A stretch of DNA of 63,282 bases, counting the filler, from Chiloscyllium plagiosum (taxonomy: Eukaryota), in NCBI RefSeq assembly GCF_004010195.1. It is 3 parts of one record of this genome, joined end to end, with 100 filler letters (N's around TTAATTAATTAA, not from the genome) between each part and the next. Parts side by side here need not be neighbours in the genome. Positions count along the whole stretch, not along the records: positions 1 to 21,361 come from NC_057713.1; 2 more parts are not named here. One strand, written 5' to 3'. The position numbers and the translations under genes were made by a program. Shown here one piece after another: positions 1 to 13,235 of the stretch (position 1 is its first letter; each line of letters opens with the position of its first letter). Under the pieces are notes generated by a model. The model was not told where the DNA came from. It did not search any database and worked only from the letters and a program-made list of their open reading frames with translations.

Positions 1-283
1 GTGTCAGGAAACCCTCCTGCTCACATTGGACAAACACTGACCCATCTAACGAACTTGAGCTATAGCTTTCCCAATCAATATCAGGAAAGTTAAAGCCCCC
101 ATAACAACCATCTTATTACTTTCACTCTTGTCTTGAATCATCCTCGCAATCCTTTCTTCTACGTTTCTAGGACTATTAGGAGGCCTGTAAAAAACTCCTA
201 ACAGGGTGAGCTCACCTTTCCTATTCCTAACCTCAGCCCAAACTACCTCAGATGGCGAGTCTTCATCCATCGTCCTTTCCACA
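1..283 (-). mobile_element. CR1 LINE ORF2 endonuclease fragment
   Basis: ORF 46-291 contains VWAEVRNRKG..LLGVFYRPPNS; similar to the endonuclease region at 58.8-59.1 kb. Confidence 0.85.
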
Positions 284-589
284 GATGTCACTGAGGGATG
301 GAGATGAATTCACCCAGGCAACATGGTAAGGTTCTGTGGGCAGAGCCTGCTTCCAGCTCAGTGATTTTAACATTAATGCAAAAAATGGTGAAAATTCAGG
401 TTGTACTGAATGCCTTTTATTGCTGAAATCTTGCAAACTTATGCACCACTTTTGTTCAAAGGGGGGAGCAGATACAACATGGTCTAGTAGGAACCTCAAT
501 GCACTGCATGCAAATGGTCATGGGAGAGCTGTGTATTAATGCAGCAACATTGTATTTATAGGAAAACGTAATTAAAGATAGAATACTCT

Positions 590-1230
590 TCTTAAACTTT
601 GCTCAGTGTTTGGTGTACACGATTGTGGAATTATTTATTTAATTTACCGTTACAGAGTCCTAACACTGAAAAAGATCCTTCGGTCCAACTTGTCCATGTT
701 GACAAAAATATCCTACATTAATCTATCCCATTTCCCAGCATTTGTCCCATATCCCCCTAAACCCTTGCTATTCATAAACCCATCCAGATGCCTTTAAAAT
801 GTTGTAATTGTACCTGCCTCCATTACTTCCTTTGGCAGCTCACCCCGTACATGTACCACACTCTGTGAAAAAGTTGCCCCTCAGGCCCCTTTTAAATCTT
901 TCCTCTCTCATCTTAAAACTATGCCCTCTAGTTTTGAACTCTCCGATCCTGGGGAAAAGACCTTGACTATTCACCCCATCCTTATGATTTTGTAAACCTC
1001 TGTAAGGTCACCCCTCAGTCTTGGATGCTTCAGTGAAAATAGACCCAGCCTATTCAGCCTCTCCCTATAGCTCAAACCCTCCCACCCTGGCAATATCCCT
1101 GTAATTTGTTTTTCTGCACCACCTCAAATTTAACAGCATAATGCTATAGAAGGGAGATCAGAATTAAACGCAGTATTCCAAAAGTGTTTTTAACCAATGT
1201 CCTGTACAGCTTAAACGTAACATCCCAAAT
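590..1230 (-). mobile_element. CR1 LINE 3' fragment
   Basis: Reverse-complement similarity to the CR1 3' ends at 9300-9880 and 62550-63282. Confidence 0.85.
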
Positions 1231-1289
1231 GTTGTTGAATATATTATAAATCTAAAATATAAAGTGATCATAAAGGAGCTTCCAAAGGT

Positions 1290-1565
1290 ACACCTGCTAC
1301 CAGTTCAATAACAAGAGCTTGGAATTATATAAACTGCAGCACCTGCAAGTTCTTCCCAAGTCTCTCACCATTCTAGCTTGCAACTATATCACTGTTCCTT
1401 GCTCTTGCTGGGTCAAAACTTTGGAACTTCCTTCTTAACAGCACTTATCTACCCACTATGGATTGTAGCAGTTGAAGAAGATGGCACACCACATTCTCAA
1501 TGGTAATTAAAGTATGTGCAGCAATAGTCAGTGGCCATCATATTCCACAAGAATAATTAAATGAA
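1290..1565 (+). mobile_element. Old CR1/L2-group LINE 3' tail
   Basis: Shares cctgcaagttc..caagtc..tcaccattct and the terminal block with 29340-29585 and 33360-33610. Confidence 0.55.
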
Positions 1566-3102
1566 TGTACAAGGTCATGTAGCATCTCATAATTGACTTT
1601 CATCGTGTTGCTTTCCTACAGTCACATTTTAGCAATGGCTGAGACTTTTTTTTATCACCAAGACCGGATGGGACATGTTCTCCTGGGCCTTTATGATAGG
1701 TTTAATAAATTGACTCCACCAAGGGATCCTATTTGATCCATAGTTTAAAAGCAGGATTTGCTTCTTCAGCAGTAGCAGCCTCACTGTCAGAATGTGGAAG
1801 TTGCTTCCAAACCTTGACTCATTCAAAGTTTCACATTATTGTTCTCCCTTTGGTACAGCATAATGTAGTATGTTTCCAAAAGGAGTAGCTTTGTCATCAT
1901 TAACAAAGTCAATGGAAATGTTTTCCTCCAATCTCAAAGGCTGTGAGAATGAAGATATCTGTCTTGTGTGAGGTGGATGAAGGATGCTGGCATGAAGAAA
2001 CATATCCAATCTAATTACATTGAGCCCTGGTGAAAAGCAGCACAGCACCAAAACAGAGTACATCTGAGAATGCTTGTACTTCTCTGTCATGAAGAGATGT
2101 ATAGCACCATTGGGAGCGCAAGACAAAATTATTTTTCCTCTGCATTACAGCTCCAATCTACTGTCCTCCGATATTGTCATGTCTCATCTATCTTTACAGG
2201 GAATGGGATAGTGCCAATGGTTCTCAGTCTGAATGATTGCTTGTCATTTTTGGCTAACCTTACTTGATTATTTTTCAAAGATTTATTCATGTCTGCCTCC
2301 GATGGCATATTGCAAGGAACCCAAAGGATCCACCCCCTCAGTGTCATAAGTAGAAGATCTGGTGCAAGTCAGCCTACTTAAATTGCATTGACTCATGAGT
2401 CATGGGACAGTCATGGAGAAGTCATTTGAGATTGTCTAAGCTTCTCATCTTCGTGTAGAAACGTGGGAGGTGGTAGGAGGTGGAAGAGAGCAGATTTGAC
2501 AAACGTTTGATGAGTTCACGCTCCAGATAACTATTTTGGGAATCTTATTTAACTAGATGCCTGTCTATGAGCACATGCAGGTAATAACCGGTTTGACTTC
2601 TAACCACAAATACGTCATGTATGAAATTTTAAAAAACGAAAGAACTGTGGGTGCTGGAGTTCAGGAACAGAAGTAACAATTGCTGGAAAATCTCATTAGG
2701 TCTAGCAGCATCTGTGGAGGGAAAGCAGAATTAACATTTGAAATTACCTGACCCTTCTTCAGAACTGGTTGTAGCTAGGAAATGGTTGGTATATGGGGTG
2801 GAGGGAAAAGGCAGGAGCAAACGATACTTGGAGATGGAGCCCAGAGACCAAGAGAGAAAAATCATTGGGCAAAGGAGGAGGTAAAGGTCAGTCTAAAAGG
2901 ATCAGTAGCCACTAATGGGAACCATTAGTGGCTGACGATGGGTTGTTTGTGGTGGTAGCTCATGTGATGTCAAGTCTAGTGTGTGGATGATGGGGTAAGG
3001 GCATGGGCGAAGGTGCTCAGGCCCTAAAATTATTGAATTTAATAGTGAGTCCAGAAGGCTGCAGTGCCCCCAAGTGGAAAGTGAGATGTTGTTATTCTTC
3101 CA

Positions 3103-3326
3103 TGATTTGGAGATGCCGGTGTTGGCCTGGGGTGTACAAAGTTAAAAATCACACAAAACCAGGTTATAGTCCCAACAGGTTTAATTGGAAGCACTAGCTT
3201 TCAGAGCACTGCTCCTTCATCAGGTCGTTGTACCTGATGACCACCTGATGGAGGAGCAGTGCTCCGAAAGCTAGTGCTTCCAATTAAACCTGTTGGACTA
3301 TAACTTGGTGTTATGTGATTTTTAAC
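3103..3326. mobile_element. Palindromic non-autonomous Penelope-type element (family A) with two opposed hammerhead motifs
   Basis: Arms ~3140-3225 and ~3243-3326 are reverse complements. Flanked by gttattcttcca (3091-3102) and gttgttcttcca (3327-3338). Confidence 0.8.
3242..3276 (+). ncRNA. Minimal type I hammerhead ribozyme motif (family A)
   Basis: CAC-CTGATGG-A-GGAGC-AGT-GCTCC-GAAA-GCTA-GTG: stem I CAC/GTG, 5 bp stem II, palindromic AGCT in place of stem III. The minus-strand copy at 3192-3225 has the canonical CTGATGA. Confidence 0.7.
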
Positions 3327-5099
3327 GTTGTTCTTCCAGTCTGAGCTGAGCTTCTTTGGTGCACTGCAGCAAGCCCAGAGACAGAGTTGTTGGCCTGGGG
3401 ATATGATGGTGTTTGGAAGTGGCAGGCAACAGGAAGCCCATGGTCATTTTTGCAGACAGAATGTATGTGTACTGGAGAGCAATTGCTGAATCTGTATTTC
3501 ATCTCCCCAATGGAGAGCAAACCTCAATAGGGCCCTCCCAGTTCTCACTTACCACTTCACCAGCATCCACATTCAAAGGATCTTTAGCTGCCATGTCTGC
3601 TACCTCTGGTAGGATGCCACTACCAGACACATATCCCTATCCTCTCCCTTGTCAGCATTCCACAGGGACCTTTCCATCTGGGATACCTTTGTCCACTCCT
3701 CTTCCACTCTCAACATCCCCCCGACACCCACGGCACCTTCCAAAACAGTAGCAGAAAGTGTAACATCCAATGGTTTACTTCCTTCCCTCCTCACTATTCA
3801 AGGCCCCAGATACACCTTCCAGGTGAAACATTTTGATTTAACTGCTATTTACTCAATCTAGTCTACTGTGTTCTCTGCTCACAATGTGGCCTGCCCCATT
3901 TTGGAGAGATAAAACAGAGATTGGGCTACCACTTTGCAGAACACCACCTGTCTGCAAAATATGACCTTGAGATTCCTGTTGTGTGTTACTTCATGCCACC
4001 CTGTCTCCTGGCCAACATCCCTGGCTCAGGCTTGCTACAGTGCTCCAGCAAACCTCAGCACAAGCTGGTAGAGCAACACCTGATTCTCCCCTTGGGGACA
4101 CTGCATCCTTCTGGACTCAATATCGATTTTAGGCTTTGAGCGCCTTCTCCCACACAGGTCCTATTATCACATTGGCTGCTACCATAAACAGCCCATTGTC
4201 AGCCACTAATGGTCCCTGTTAGCAGCAAATGAATCTCCCGGGCTGACCTCTCCCCACTTCTTTGTCTGCCCTAATTAGTTTTCTCTCTCTCTGGGCTTGA
4301 CCTCCTGGGCTTTCTCCTTCTCCTCCCCACGTCTTCTTCATTATATATACCAACCTTTTCCGAGCCACAATCGGCTCTGATGAAGGGTTACTGGACTTGA
4401 AGAGTTAATTCGGCTTTCTCTTCACAGATGCTGCCAGACCGGCTGAGTGTTTTCCAGAACTTCCTCACATGTCCTTCTAAACCTTTGAGGCTGAACTTCC
4501 TGTTTTGTGCCTTTGGAATAAATAATTACCCATGTCGAATTTGTTGTGAAAACTCATAAGAGGAAGATAGTCTTCCCACAGTAGCACGCCCCCATCTTCT
4601 CACCACTTACATCTTTTTGCATGATTATATGCTCTACTGAATAGATATGGAAATATCTACACTCTGTTTTCCCCACAAACAGAATAATGCACAAGAAAAA
4701 TAACTTGATAAAATGTGGGAGGGTTGCCAGTGATGATTTATACTCTATTCGGGCATGACCCAGGAGTTGAGTGAAGGTGAAACTGACCGGGGTGGTGGTA
4801 AAATGAACAAAAAGCAAGATGGTTTGATTAAATTAAATTAAATCCATGTTCTTCTTGGCTGTGTTTTCCAAATGTTACTTTGTAACTGTCAGAGTGGTTT
4901 CAGATCAGAGATACAAGTGCTTTGAAGCTGGCCTCCAGAAAATGAATTGTCACTTTGATCACAGAAATCAGGCCATCATGGCAATTATTTCCTTCATGAA
5001 TAATCAGAGCAAACATGTGAAAGCAAAGTTAAACAGATGTGATTTTATCTAATGCCTTACAGGAAGAAATGTAGGAAATTGTCAAAAAACATATTAAAT

Positions 5100-5488
5100 T
5101 ATACAGCAAGTCTGCATTAAAACCACGCTGTGGTAACAAAAGAAATTAAAAATTGCATTCGATCAAAGGTTTTTAAGGATACCAGAAAAAGCACTAAATC
5201 TGAAGAATGGGAATATTTTAGAAACCAGCAAGGGAGGGACAAGAAACTGATTAAGGAAGGCCAGAAAGAATATTAAAGGTGAACAGCAAAAGCTCCAGTA
5301 GGTATATGGTTAGGAAACAATTATCTAAATTAATCAGAGATCCATGCCAGGTGAGGATAGGAGAATTTGTAATTGGGAACAGGTGGTAAAGTACCTTTGT
5401 GTCAGACTTCATGGAAGAAGACACAGAAAATCTCCCATAAATACCAGGTGATCAAGAGACTTGCAAAACTGAGGAATGAAAATAATTT
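5100..5488 (+). mobile_element. Highly decayed CR1 ORF2 fragment
   Basis: Remnants of the linker between endonuclease and RT (gaatgggaatattttagaaaccagcaaggg.., tttgtgtcagacttcatggaagaagacac). Confidence 0.5.
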
Positions 5489-5615
5489 ATGATTTGGAGA
5501 TGTCAGTGTTGGACTGGGGTGGACAAAGTTAAAAATCGCACAACACCAGGTTATAGTCCAACAGGTTTAGTTGGAAGCACTAGTTTTTGGAGCGCCACTC
5601 CTTCATCAGGTGGTT
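5489..5615 (-). mobile_element. Single-arm copy of family A Penelope-type element with degenerate hammerhead
   Basis: Close match to 3103-3228. Minus strand 5578-5612 reads cacCTGATGAaggagtggcgctccAAAAactagtg. Confidence 0.75.
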
Positions 5616-5659
5616 ATACTCCACTTGATCACCTGGTATTTTTTTAAAAAACTAAATTT

Positions 5660-6745
5660 TTGAGATGTAGGTATCAATGGCTAGGCCAGCATTTATTGTT
5701 CATCGCCAATTGCTCTGAAGATGGTATTGAAGAACTGTCTTCTTGAACGGTTGCAATCTGTCATGGTGCTATTAGGAAGGGAATTCTAGGATTTTCACTC
5801 AGTGATAGTGAAGGAACGGCAATATATTTTGAGGTCAGGATGTTGAGTGTCTTGGAGAGGGACTTGCAGGTGCTGGTGTTCCCATGCACCTACTGTCTTT
5901 ATCCTTCTAGATGTTAAATATTAAGCATTTGGAAGTTGCTATTAGAGAAGCTTTGATAAGTGACTGCAATGCGCTTTGAGATGGTAAATGCTTTTGCCAC
6001 TGTGCAATGTTAGGAATGGAGGAAATGTTGAAGGTGTGACAATCAAGCAACCAACTTTATCCTGGATGGTGTCAAGCTTTGTGAGTGTCAAGTTCCTTCA
6101 GTGTTGCTGGATCTCCCCTCATCCAGGCAAGTAGGTTCCATCACACTCCTGGCGTGCACAGGAGATGGTGGACAAGTTTTGAAGAGTGAGAAGATGAGTT
6201 GGTGTCTGTGGAATTCCTAGCTTTTTCACATGGTCTTCTAGCTATTGTATTTATGTGGCTTGTCCCATTCAGTTTCAGGTCAATGTTTACTTCAAGAATG
6301 TTGGGTGGCATGGTGGCTCAATGGTTAGCACTGCTGCTTCACAGCGCCAGGAACTTGGTTCAGTTCCAGCCTTGGGTGACTGTCTGTGTGGAGTTTGCAC
6401 ATTCTCCCTGTGTCTGTGTGAGTTTCCTCCGGGCGCTCCGGTTTCCTCCCACAGTCCAATTTATGCAGGTTAGGTGGATTGGCCATGCTAAATTGTCCCA
6501 CCATGTCCAGGGTTGTGCAGGTTAGGTGGATTAGTCTTGGTTAATGTAAGGATATGGGGATGGGGTGAGAGGCTGGGTCTGGGTAGGATGCTTTTCAGAG
6601 GATCGGTGCAGACTCAATGAGCTGAATAGCCTCATACTGCATTGTAGGGATTCTGTGACTCTCTGACGATGGTTGATTCAGTGATGGTAATGCCATTGAA
6701 ATTTAAGGGAGTGATGATTAGATTCTCTGTTGTTTGAAATGATCA
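5660..6745 (-). mobile_element. CR1/L2-group LINE 3' region, interrupted by a SINE
   Basis: ggctaggccagcatttatt.. tail and cctggatggtgtcaagcttt block shared with 13010-13230, 19870-21090 and (inverted) 28940-29585. Confidence 0.65.
6303..6665 (+). mobile_element. tRNA-derived SINE (HE1-like)
   Basis: Head gggtggcatggtggctcaatggttagcactgctgc (A box), B-box-like ggttcagttcc, and the conserved tgtgtggagtttgcacattctcc core. Confidence 0.9.
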
Positions 6746-8650
6746 TTGTTTCTACAGAAAGGAAAGGCAAGGGCAGCAAGTCCAGGAAACTCTGGATGTC
6801 AAGGAATATCATCAGATTGATAAAGAAGAAACAAGGATCCATATATCAGGTGCAGCACATTAAAAAAAAACATCAAAAGTACAGAACGTGTCGGAGTTTG
6901 CTTCAAAAATGAATAGGAAAGGCAAAATGTCTGACAGATAGGATCAAGAAAAGCCCCGAGGCTTTTGATAAGTATATCAACAGGAAGAGGTTTACCAGGG
7001 AAAGAGTTTGACCTGTTATTGACCTATTATTGGGCGGCACGGTGGCACAGTGGTTAGCACTGCTGCCTCACAGCGCCAGAGACCCGGGTTCAATTCCCTC
7101 CTCAGGCAACTGTCTGTGTGGAGTTTGCACATTCTCCCCGTGTCTGCATGAGTTTCCTCCGGGTGCTCTAGTTTCCTCCCACAGTCCAAAAATGTGCAGG
7201 TTAGGTGAATTGGCCATGCTAAATTGCCCGTAGTGTTAGGTGAAGGGGTAAATGTAGGGGAATGGGTCTGGGTGGGTTGCTGTACGGAGGGCCGGTGTGG
7301 ACTTGTTGGGCCAAAGGGCCTGTTTCCACACTGTAAGTAATCTAATCTAATCTAAGGGGCAATCTGTGTATGGAGCCAGCGGACCTTGGTTAGATCTTAG
7401 CTGAATAATTCCCATGTGCATTCACAGAGGAGAAAGACATTGTTGCTGGGGATTTTGTCTGGGATGATGAGGTTCCAGAAGATGTTAAGATTAATAAGGA
7501 GGAGGCATAAGACATTTTAATGGGGATAAAGATGCATAAATCCTCAGGGCCTGATGAGATGCAACGCAGACTGCTATTAATGGCAAGGAAGCAGATAGTT
7601 GGGACTCTGACAGAGATATTTAATACTTTGTTGGCCATAAGTGAAGGGTCAAATGACTGGAGGATTGCTCGTGGTTCTTCTGTTCAAGAGAAAAAAAATC
7701 TGAGGGACAGGATTAGTCACCGCTTGGAAAGGCAGGGATTGATCAGGGCGAATCAGCACAGATTTGTTAGAGGGACAAATTTAATTGAGTTTTTTGATAT
7801 ATTCATGAAGGTAGTGCAGTTAGTGTGGTTTACATGGATTTCATAAAGGCTTTTGACAATGTCCTTCATGGAAGGCTGGTTCAAACGGTAAGAGTCCATG
7901 GGATCCAAGGAAAGTTGGGAAACTGGATCCGAAATTGGTTTACAAATAGGAGGCAAAGGATGATGGTGGAGGGCTGGTTTTTATGATTGGAAGCCTGTGA
8001 CCAGCGGAATACTACAGGGATCGGCGCTGGGTCCTTGCTATTTGCTATTTACATTAATGACTTGGATGTGAACGTAGTAGGTATAAATAGTAACTTGGCA
8101 GATGAATACAAATGTTGGGGGTGTTGTTGATAGTGAGGAGGATGGTCTCCGGAAACAGTTCAAATTTATCAGGTGTAAATTGGACAGAGCAATGGCAGAT
8201 GGAGTTTAATCGCAATAAGTGTGAGGTGATGCATTTTAGGAGGTCCAATAAGGAAAGGATACACAATGTTCCTCAGGAGTACTGAGGAACAAAGGGACCT
8301 TGATGTACAAGTCTATTGATTCCTGAAGGTGTCAGCACAAGGAGACAGAATGGTGAAGAAGACAAACAGAATCTTCAACAGCATATTGAAGCAATAAATT
8401 TGTGTTGCAATTATATAAACATTGGTTAGGCTATAGAATGCTGTTCATCACACTCTTAGAAATACGTGATTGCATTGGAGAAGGTGCAGGGGAGATTCAC
8501 TAGGATGTTGCATGGGATAAAAAGTGAGAGTTATGAGGAAAGATTGGATAGGCTGGGGTTGCTTTCCTTGGAGCAGAGGAGGCTGAGGGGTATGCAGAAT
8601 AATGAGAGTTATAGACAGAGTAAATCGTGAGAATCTTTTCCCCATTGGCA
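6745..8650 (+). mobile_element. Decayed CR1 ORF2, interrupted by a SINE; resumes at ~9880-10180
   Basis: KSSGPDEM, QHRFVRG and KAFD motifs plus RT-region similarity, with many frameshifts. Confidence 0.85.
7032..7354 (+). mobile_element. Young tRNA-derived SINE (HE1-like) with (TAATC)n tail
   Basis: Intact A/B boxes (tggcacagtgg; ggttcaattcc), central core and taatctaatctaatct tail. Confidence 0.95.
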
Positions 8651-9880
8651 AACATGATTGAGTTTTTTGAACAAGTAACAAACAGAATTGATGAGAGCAG
8701 AGCACTAGACGTGATCTATATGGACTCCAGTAAGGCATTCGACAAGTTTCCCCATGGGAGACTGGTTGGCAAGGTGAGATCTCATGGAATACAGGGAGAA
8801 CTTGGCATTTGGATACAGAACTGGCTCAAAGGTAGAAGACAGAGGGTGGTGGTGGAAGGTTGTTTTTCAGACTGGAGACCTGTGACCAGTGGCGTGCCAT
8901 ATGGATCGGTGCTGGGTTCACTACTTTTTATCACTTATATAAATGATTTGGATGTGAGCATTAGAGGTACAGTTAGTAAGTTTGCAGATGACACCAAATT
9001 TGGAGGTGTAGTGGACAGTGAAGAAGTTTACCCCAGATTACAATGGGATCTTGATCAGGTGGGCCAATGGGCTGAGGAGTGACAGATGGAGTTTAATTTA
9101 GATAAATGCGAGGTGCTGCATTTTGGGAAAGCAAATCTTAGCAGACTTATACCCTTAATGGTAAGGGTCTTAGGGAGTGTTGCTGAACAAAGAGACCTTG
9201 GAGTGCAAGTTCATAGCTCCTTGAAAGTAGTCGCAGGTAGATAAGATAGTGACGAAGGTGTTTGGTATGCTTTCCTTTATCAGTCAGACTATTGAGTACA
9301 GGAGTTGGGAGGTCATGTTGTGACTGTACAGGACATTGGTTAGGCCACTGTTGGAATGTTGCGTGCAATTCTGTGAAACTTGAAAGGGTTCAGAAAAGAT
9401 TTACAAGGATGTTGCTAGGGTTGGAGGATTTGAGCTATAGGGAGAGGCTGAACAGGCTGGGCCTGTTTTTCCCTTGGAGCATCAGAGGCTGAGGGGTGAC
9501 CTCATAGAGGTTTACAAAATCATGAATGGCATGGATAGGATAAATAGACAAAGTCTTTTCCCTGGGGTCGGGGAGTCCAGAATTAGAGGGCATAGGTTTA
9601 GGGTGAGAGGGGAAAGATATAAAAGAGACCTATGGGGCAACTTTTTGACACAGAGGGTGGTACGTGTATGGAATGAGCTGCCAGAGGAAGTTGTGGAGGC
9701 TGATACAATTGCAATACTTAAAAGGCATCTAGATGGGTATATGAAGAGGAAATGTTTGGAGGGATCTAGGGCAGGTGCTGGTTAAGTGGGACTAGATTAG
9801 GTTGGGATATCTGGTCGGCAAAGACAGATTGGACCGAAGGGTCTATTTCCGTGCTGTACATCACTATAGCTCTGAGTCTG
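8651..9880 (+). mobile_element. 5'-truncated CR1 LINE nested in an older CR1
   Basis: ORF 8627-9082 has VTSGVPYGSVLG and SKFADDTK. Downstream LRGDLIEVYKIM and VVRVWNELP, then a CR1 3' UTR. Confidence 0.95.
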
Positions 9881-10185
9881 TGTCCAAGATCAGAAGATGT
9901 ATGTCTAAATTGAGGAGTAAGTTGTTTAGAGAGGATTGGAGAAAAAGATTTTTTTCCAGAGGGTTGTAGAAATATGGAACATGAGGGTGAGGGTAAGGGT
10001 GGTGTAGGCAGGTACTCTCAGAACATTTAAGAAGCATCTGGATGAGAACTTAAAATTCCAGGGTGTAGTAGACAATGGACCAAATGCAGGTGACTGGGAT
10101 TCATGTAGTTTGATGCCTGTTGGTTGGTATAGACGTGGTGGGCTGTCGGGCCTGTTTATGTGCTGTATGACGCTATGACTTCTGG
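9880..10185 (+). mobile_element. 3' end of the older host CR1
   Basis: FFQRVVEIWN..TFKKHLDE-like remnant and tgctgtatgacgctatgact tail. Confidence 0.75.
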
Positions 10186-10269
10186 AGTAGGCAGAGAATG
10201 GGAACTGGAGCGCACTCAATGAGCCTTCACTATTGAGAGTCAAAGAACTTTGGGAGGTAAAAACTAGCA

Positions 10270-11860
10270 ATATAAAGTCGTTGCTGCTGTTCCTTTATGT
10301 ATTCTTGAATTCACTGCACAGTGACCAAGTTGTCTGGGCCCTCTCAATGAATTCTTTGTGATGCTTGGTTTTCATTACAGTGAAAACATCGACTTGGGGC
10401 AGAGATTGTCTCGACAATGCTGAAGAAACTGTATGCCATTTGTTGTGTGTAAATTATTGGATCTCTTGTGCTGTTTCTGTCCACCATTTATTGTTTGTGT
10501 CATGATTTTATACTGTATGATTGTGATCAGCTGCCTCCAAGATTGCAAAGATTTGTTGAAATTTCAATTCAGCTAAAGCTTTGCTTTATGCTAGATTTTG
10601 TCATGTATCTCCTGGTGGCTTTTGTCTCACCAGTCTTGGTTTTTCCTGGACCTCTTTGCAAGTCCTTTGTTGTTGTGGACTTTAGGTTCAACCAGCCACC
10701 AGGCAAACTGAGGGCAGCACAGTCCCTCAATGGTTAGCACTGCTGCCTCACAGCGCCATGAACCTGGGTTTGATTCCGCCCTTGGGCGACTGTCTGTGTG
10801 GAGTTTGCACATTCTCCCTGTGTCTGCGTGGGTTTCCTCTGGGTGCTCCGGTTTCCTCCCACAGTCCAAAGATGTGCAGGTTAGGTGAATTGGCCGTGCT
10901 AAGTTGCCATAGTGTTCAGGGATGTGTAAACTAGGCGTATTAGTCAGGGGAAATTTAGAGTAATAGGCCAGGGGAATGGGTCTGGATGGGTTACTCTTCG
11001 GAAGGTTGGTGTGGACTTGTTGGGCCAAATGACTTGTTTCCACATTTGTAGGGATTCTAGATATGTATTTCAAAACAAAAGGCTGAAGTCTGAGAGATTT
11101 GAGTGAAGTTCTAACTTGAAAGAGTAAGATTGATGAGATCTTTGATGTTAATTTACTTGTTTAGGTTGCCTTCACTGTTTGGGAGTCAGGTCGATGAGAT
11201 AAGGTGGTGACTGGTCTTGCAACCAGCAGTACCTATCATGGATTGAGCTGCATGGACTCCTCTACTGACCCATGCTGAGTGATGACATAGTTGAACAAGT
11301 GCCAGTGTTTGGACTTTGACTGTTGCCACAAAATCTTGTCTTGTTGATGAACCAGAGTGTTGGTGATAAGAAGTTCATGTCTGAAACATACTGAAAAGAG
11401 GAGGATTCTGTTGGAGTCTGATATCCCTGCTGTTTCCTTGTCAATTATACACTTCCAGGGATTTGCATTCTTCCGAACTCTGGCATTGAAATGCCCAAGA
11501 AAAAACAATTTAGTGCCTACTTAGATTCAGGCTAGAGATTGCTCCAGGTCAGTGTAGAATCCATTTTAGGTTTTCTGTTCCCTCAAGGTAAGAGGATGTG
11601 ATCTGATGGCACTGATTTGCTGATTCCTCTTTGGACTGAGCTGGACAGTTGTGAAGTCCTTGCTTATCCCACCAGGAGATTACTGAGGTAGCAGACAAGC
11701 TCATGTTTGATGCTGAAACCCACTCTGTGGTGGTGATATTTCTTTGGTACCTCTGCTGCTTGCTTTATTTGTCAGCTTTCATCGATATGCCATGTCTCAC
11801 TTAGGCCAGCAATGTCACTGTTGGAGCCCCTGAATTCCCAAGCTGTGATACACTCAGGTG
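10270..11860 (-). mobile_element. Decayed RTE-clade LINE (endonuclease region), interrupted by a SINE
   Basis: ORF 11236-11508 LGHFNARV..HELLITNTL..WQQSKSKHWHLFNYVI matches RTE endonuclease motifs (GDFNARVG, TNT, WxHPRSKHWHLIDY). Boundaries approximate. Confidence 0.7.
10712..11060 (+). mobile_element. tRNA-derived SINE (HE1-like)
   Basis: Similar to 7032-7354 over its full length. Confidence 0.9.
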
Positions 11861-12309
11861 ATGTGCTGACTTTCCAGCTACAGCATTGATGTGACTAGTG
11901 AAGGTTGTCAGTGTTGACTGTGAATGATGCACTGGTTGTAATGCCATTTAATGAAAGGAAGGGTGGATGTGAACAAGAAATAGAACAGAGGTTGAGAAGA
12001 TCAGTTGAAATTCAGGATTGTGGAAAAAGATTCAGTATTTTCCATCAAAGATAGCCCCTTTCCATCTATGCATTTAATTTAATTTAATTTTTGCAATTAA
12101 AACAGTAAACTGCTTTAGGGCCTACAGGTTGGGAATCAGCATGCTGGGGCTCCTGTCATGAGGGTATAACCGCCGTGAGCCACCGTGTTTAGCAGGCTAC
12201 ATGAGTACATCATCTGTCCTGTTGACCCTGAAAATTACAATTGATAATATTACATCTGATTTCCATTTCTAATCAACTTCCTGCCAGAAACAAGGGGGCA
12301 AGCTGCATA

Positions 12310-12620
12310 GGGTGGCAAGGTGGCTCTGTGGTTAGCACTGCTGCCTCACAGCACCAGGGACGCAGGTTCGATTCTGGCCTCGGGCAACTGACTGTGGAGC
12401 TTGTACATTCTCCATGTGTCTGAGTGGGTTTCCTTCGGGTGCTCCGGTTTCGTCCCACAGGCTAAACATGTGCAGGCCAGGTGAATTGGCCATGCTAAAT
12501 TGCCCAGAGAGTTAGGTGCATTCGTCAGAGGGAAATGGGTCTGGGTGGGTTACTCTTCGGAGGGTCGGTGTGGACTTGTTGGGCCGAAGGGCCTGTTTCC
12601 ATACTGGAGGGAATCTAATC
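12310..12620 (+). mobile_element. tRNA-derived SINE (HE1-like)
   Basis: Similar to 7032-7354; ggttcgattc B box. Confidence 0.9.
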
Positions 12621-13009
12621 ATTCCTTTAAAGGCTGCCAGAAAATTGCTTCAGTATAAACACTCAATCGCAGAACTGCAAGGACATAGCAATAGAGGTAG
12701 GTTACTATACAGCATTGTTGCAATATGTTGTAGAACAGTATAAAATTAGAAATGCATGCATGTAGATAGCACAGCACATGTTGTGTGGTTTTTACCCAAG
12801 TCTGTGAATTTGAGTTCAAGGCAGACTGTTGAAGAGAAGAACAAGTCAAGAATGGTCTTCTGGCATGGGCTTTTTGTACTATGGTTTGCTACACGTAAAT
12901 GCCATATGGAGACTAAATGCTACACTGCATGATTTTCATATTCTAATCTCACTACTAAATTATTGAAAGCCTATTTCATAAATTGCATTAACTAATGCTG
13001 GTTGGTATG

Positions 13010-13235
13010 CCTCACATGGGAAAGGGCCCTTGCTGATTTGGCCAGCATTTATTGCCCATCCCTGAATACCCACAGGAAGATGGTTGCTTGCCACCTTTTT
13101 GCATTTCTGAGGTCCATCGCATGTAGGCACATTCAGAAAGAGATTTTGACCCAGCGGCAGTGAAGGAACTGTGATATAATTCAAAGTCAGGACTGAGTAT
13201 GGCTTGGAAGGGAATGTGCAGGCAGCTACAACTGG
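13010..13235 (-). mobile_element. CR1/L2-group LINE 3' tail fragment
   Basis: gccagcatttattgcccatccc..ttttgacccagcggcagtgaaggaac block shared with 5660-5900 and 61425-61630. Confidence 0.6.

Larger units (their letters stand above)
2632..4463 (+). mobile_element. Decayed Penelope-like element with inverted terminal arrangement (GIY-YIG region)
   Basis: 2632-3520 is an inverted copy of roughly 3870-4463. The plus strand has frameshifted IQGPRYTFQVK..LVYC..CSQCGL..GE.KQRLGYHFAEH (GIY-YIG endonuclease). Degenerate hammerhead core at ~4377. Confidence 0.8.

Noticed and set aside
1622..1740. Plus-strand acceptor followed by ATG (MAETFFYHQDRMGHVLLGLYDR..)
   Set aside because: Short frame, no convincing donor, no recognisable homology or partner exon.
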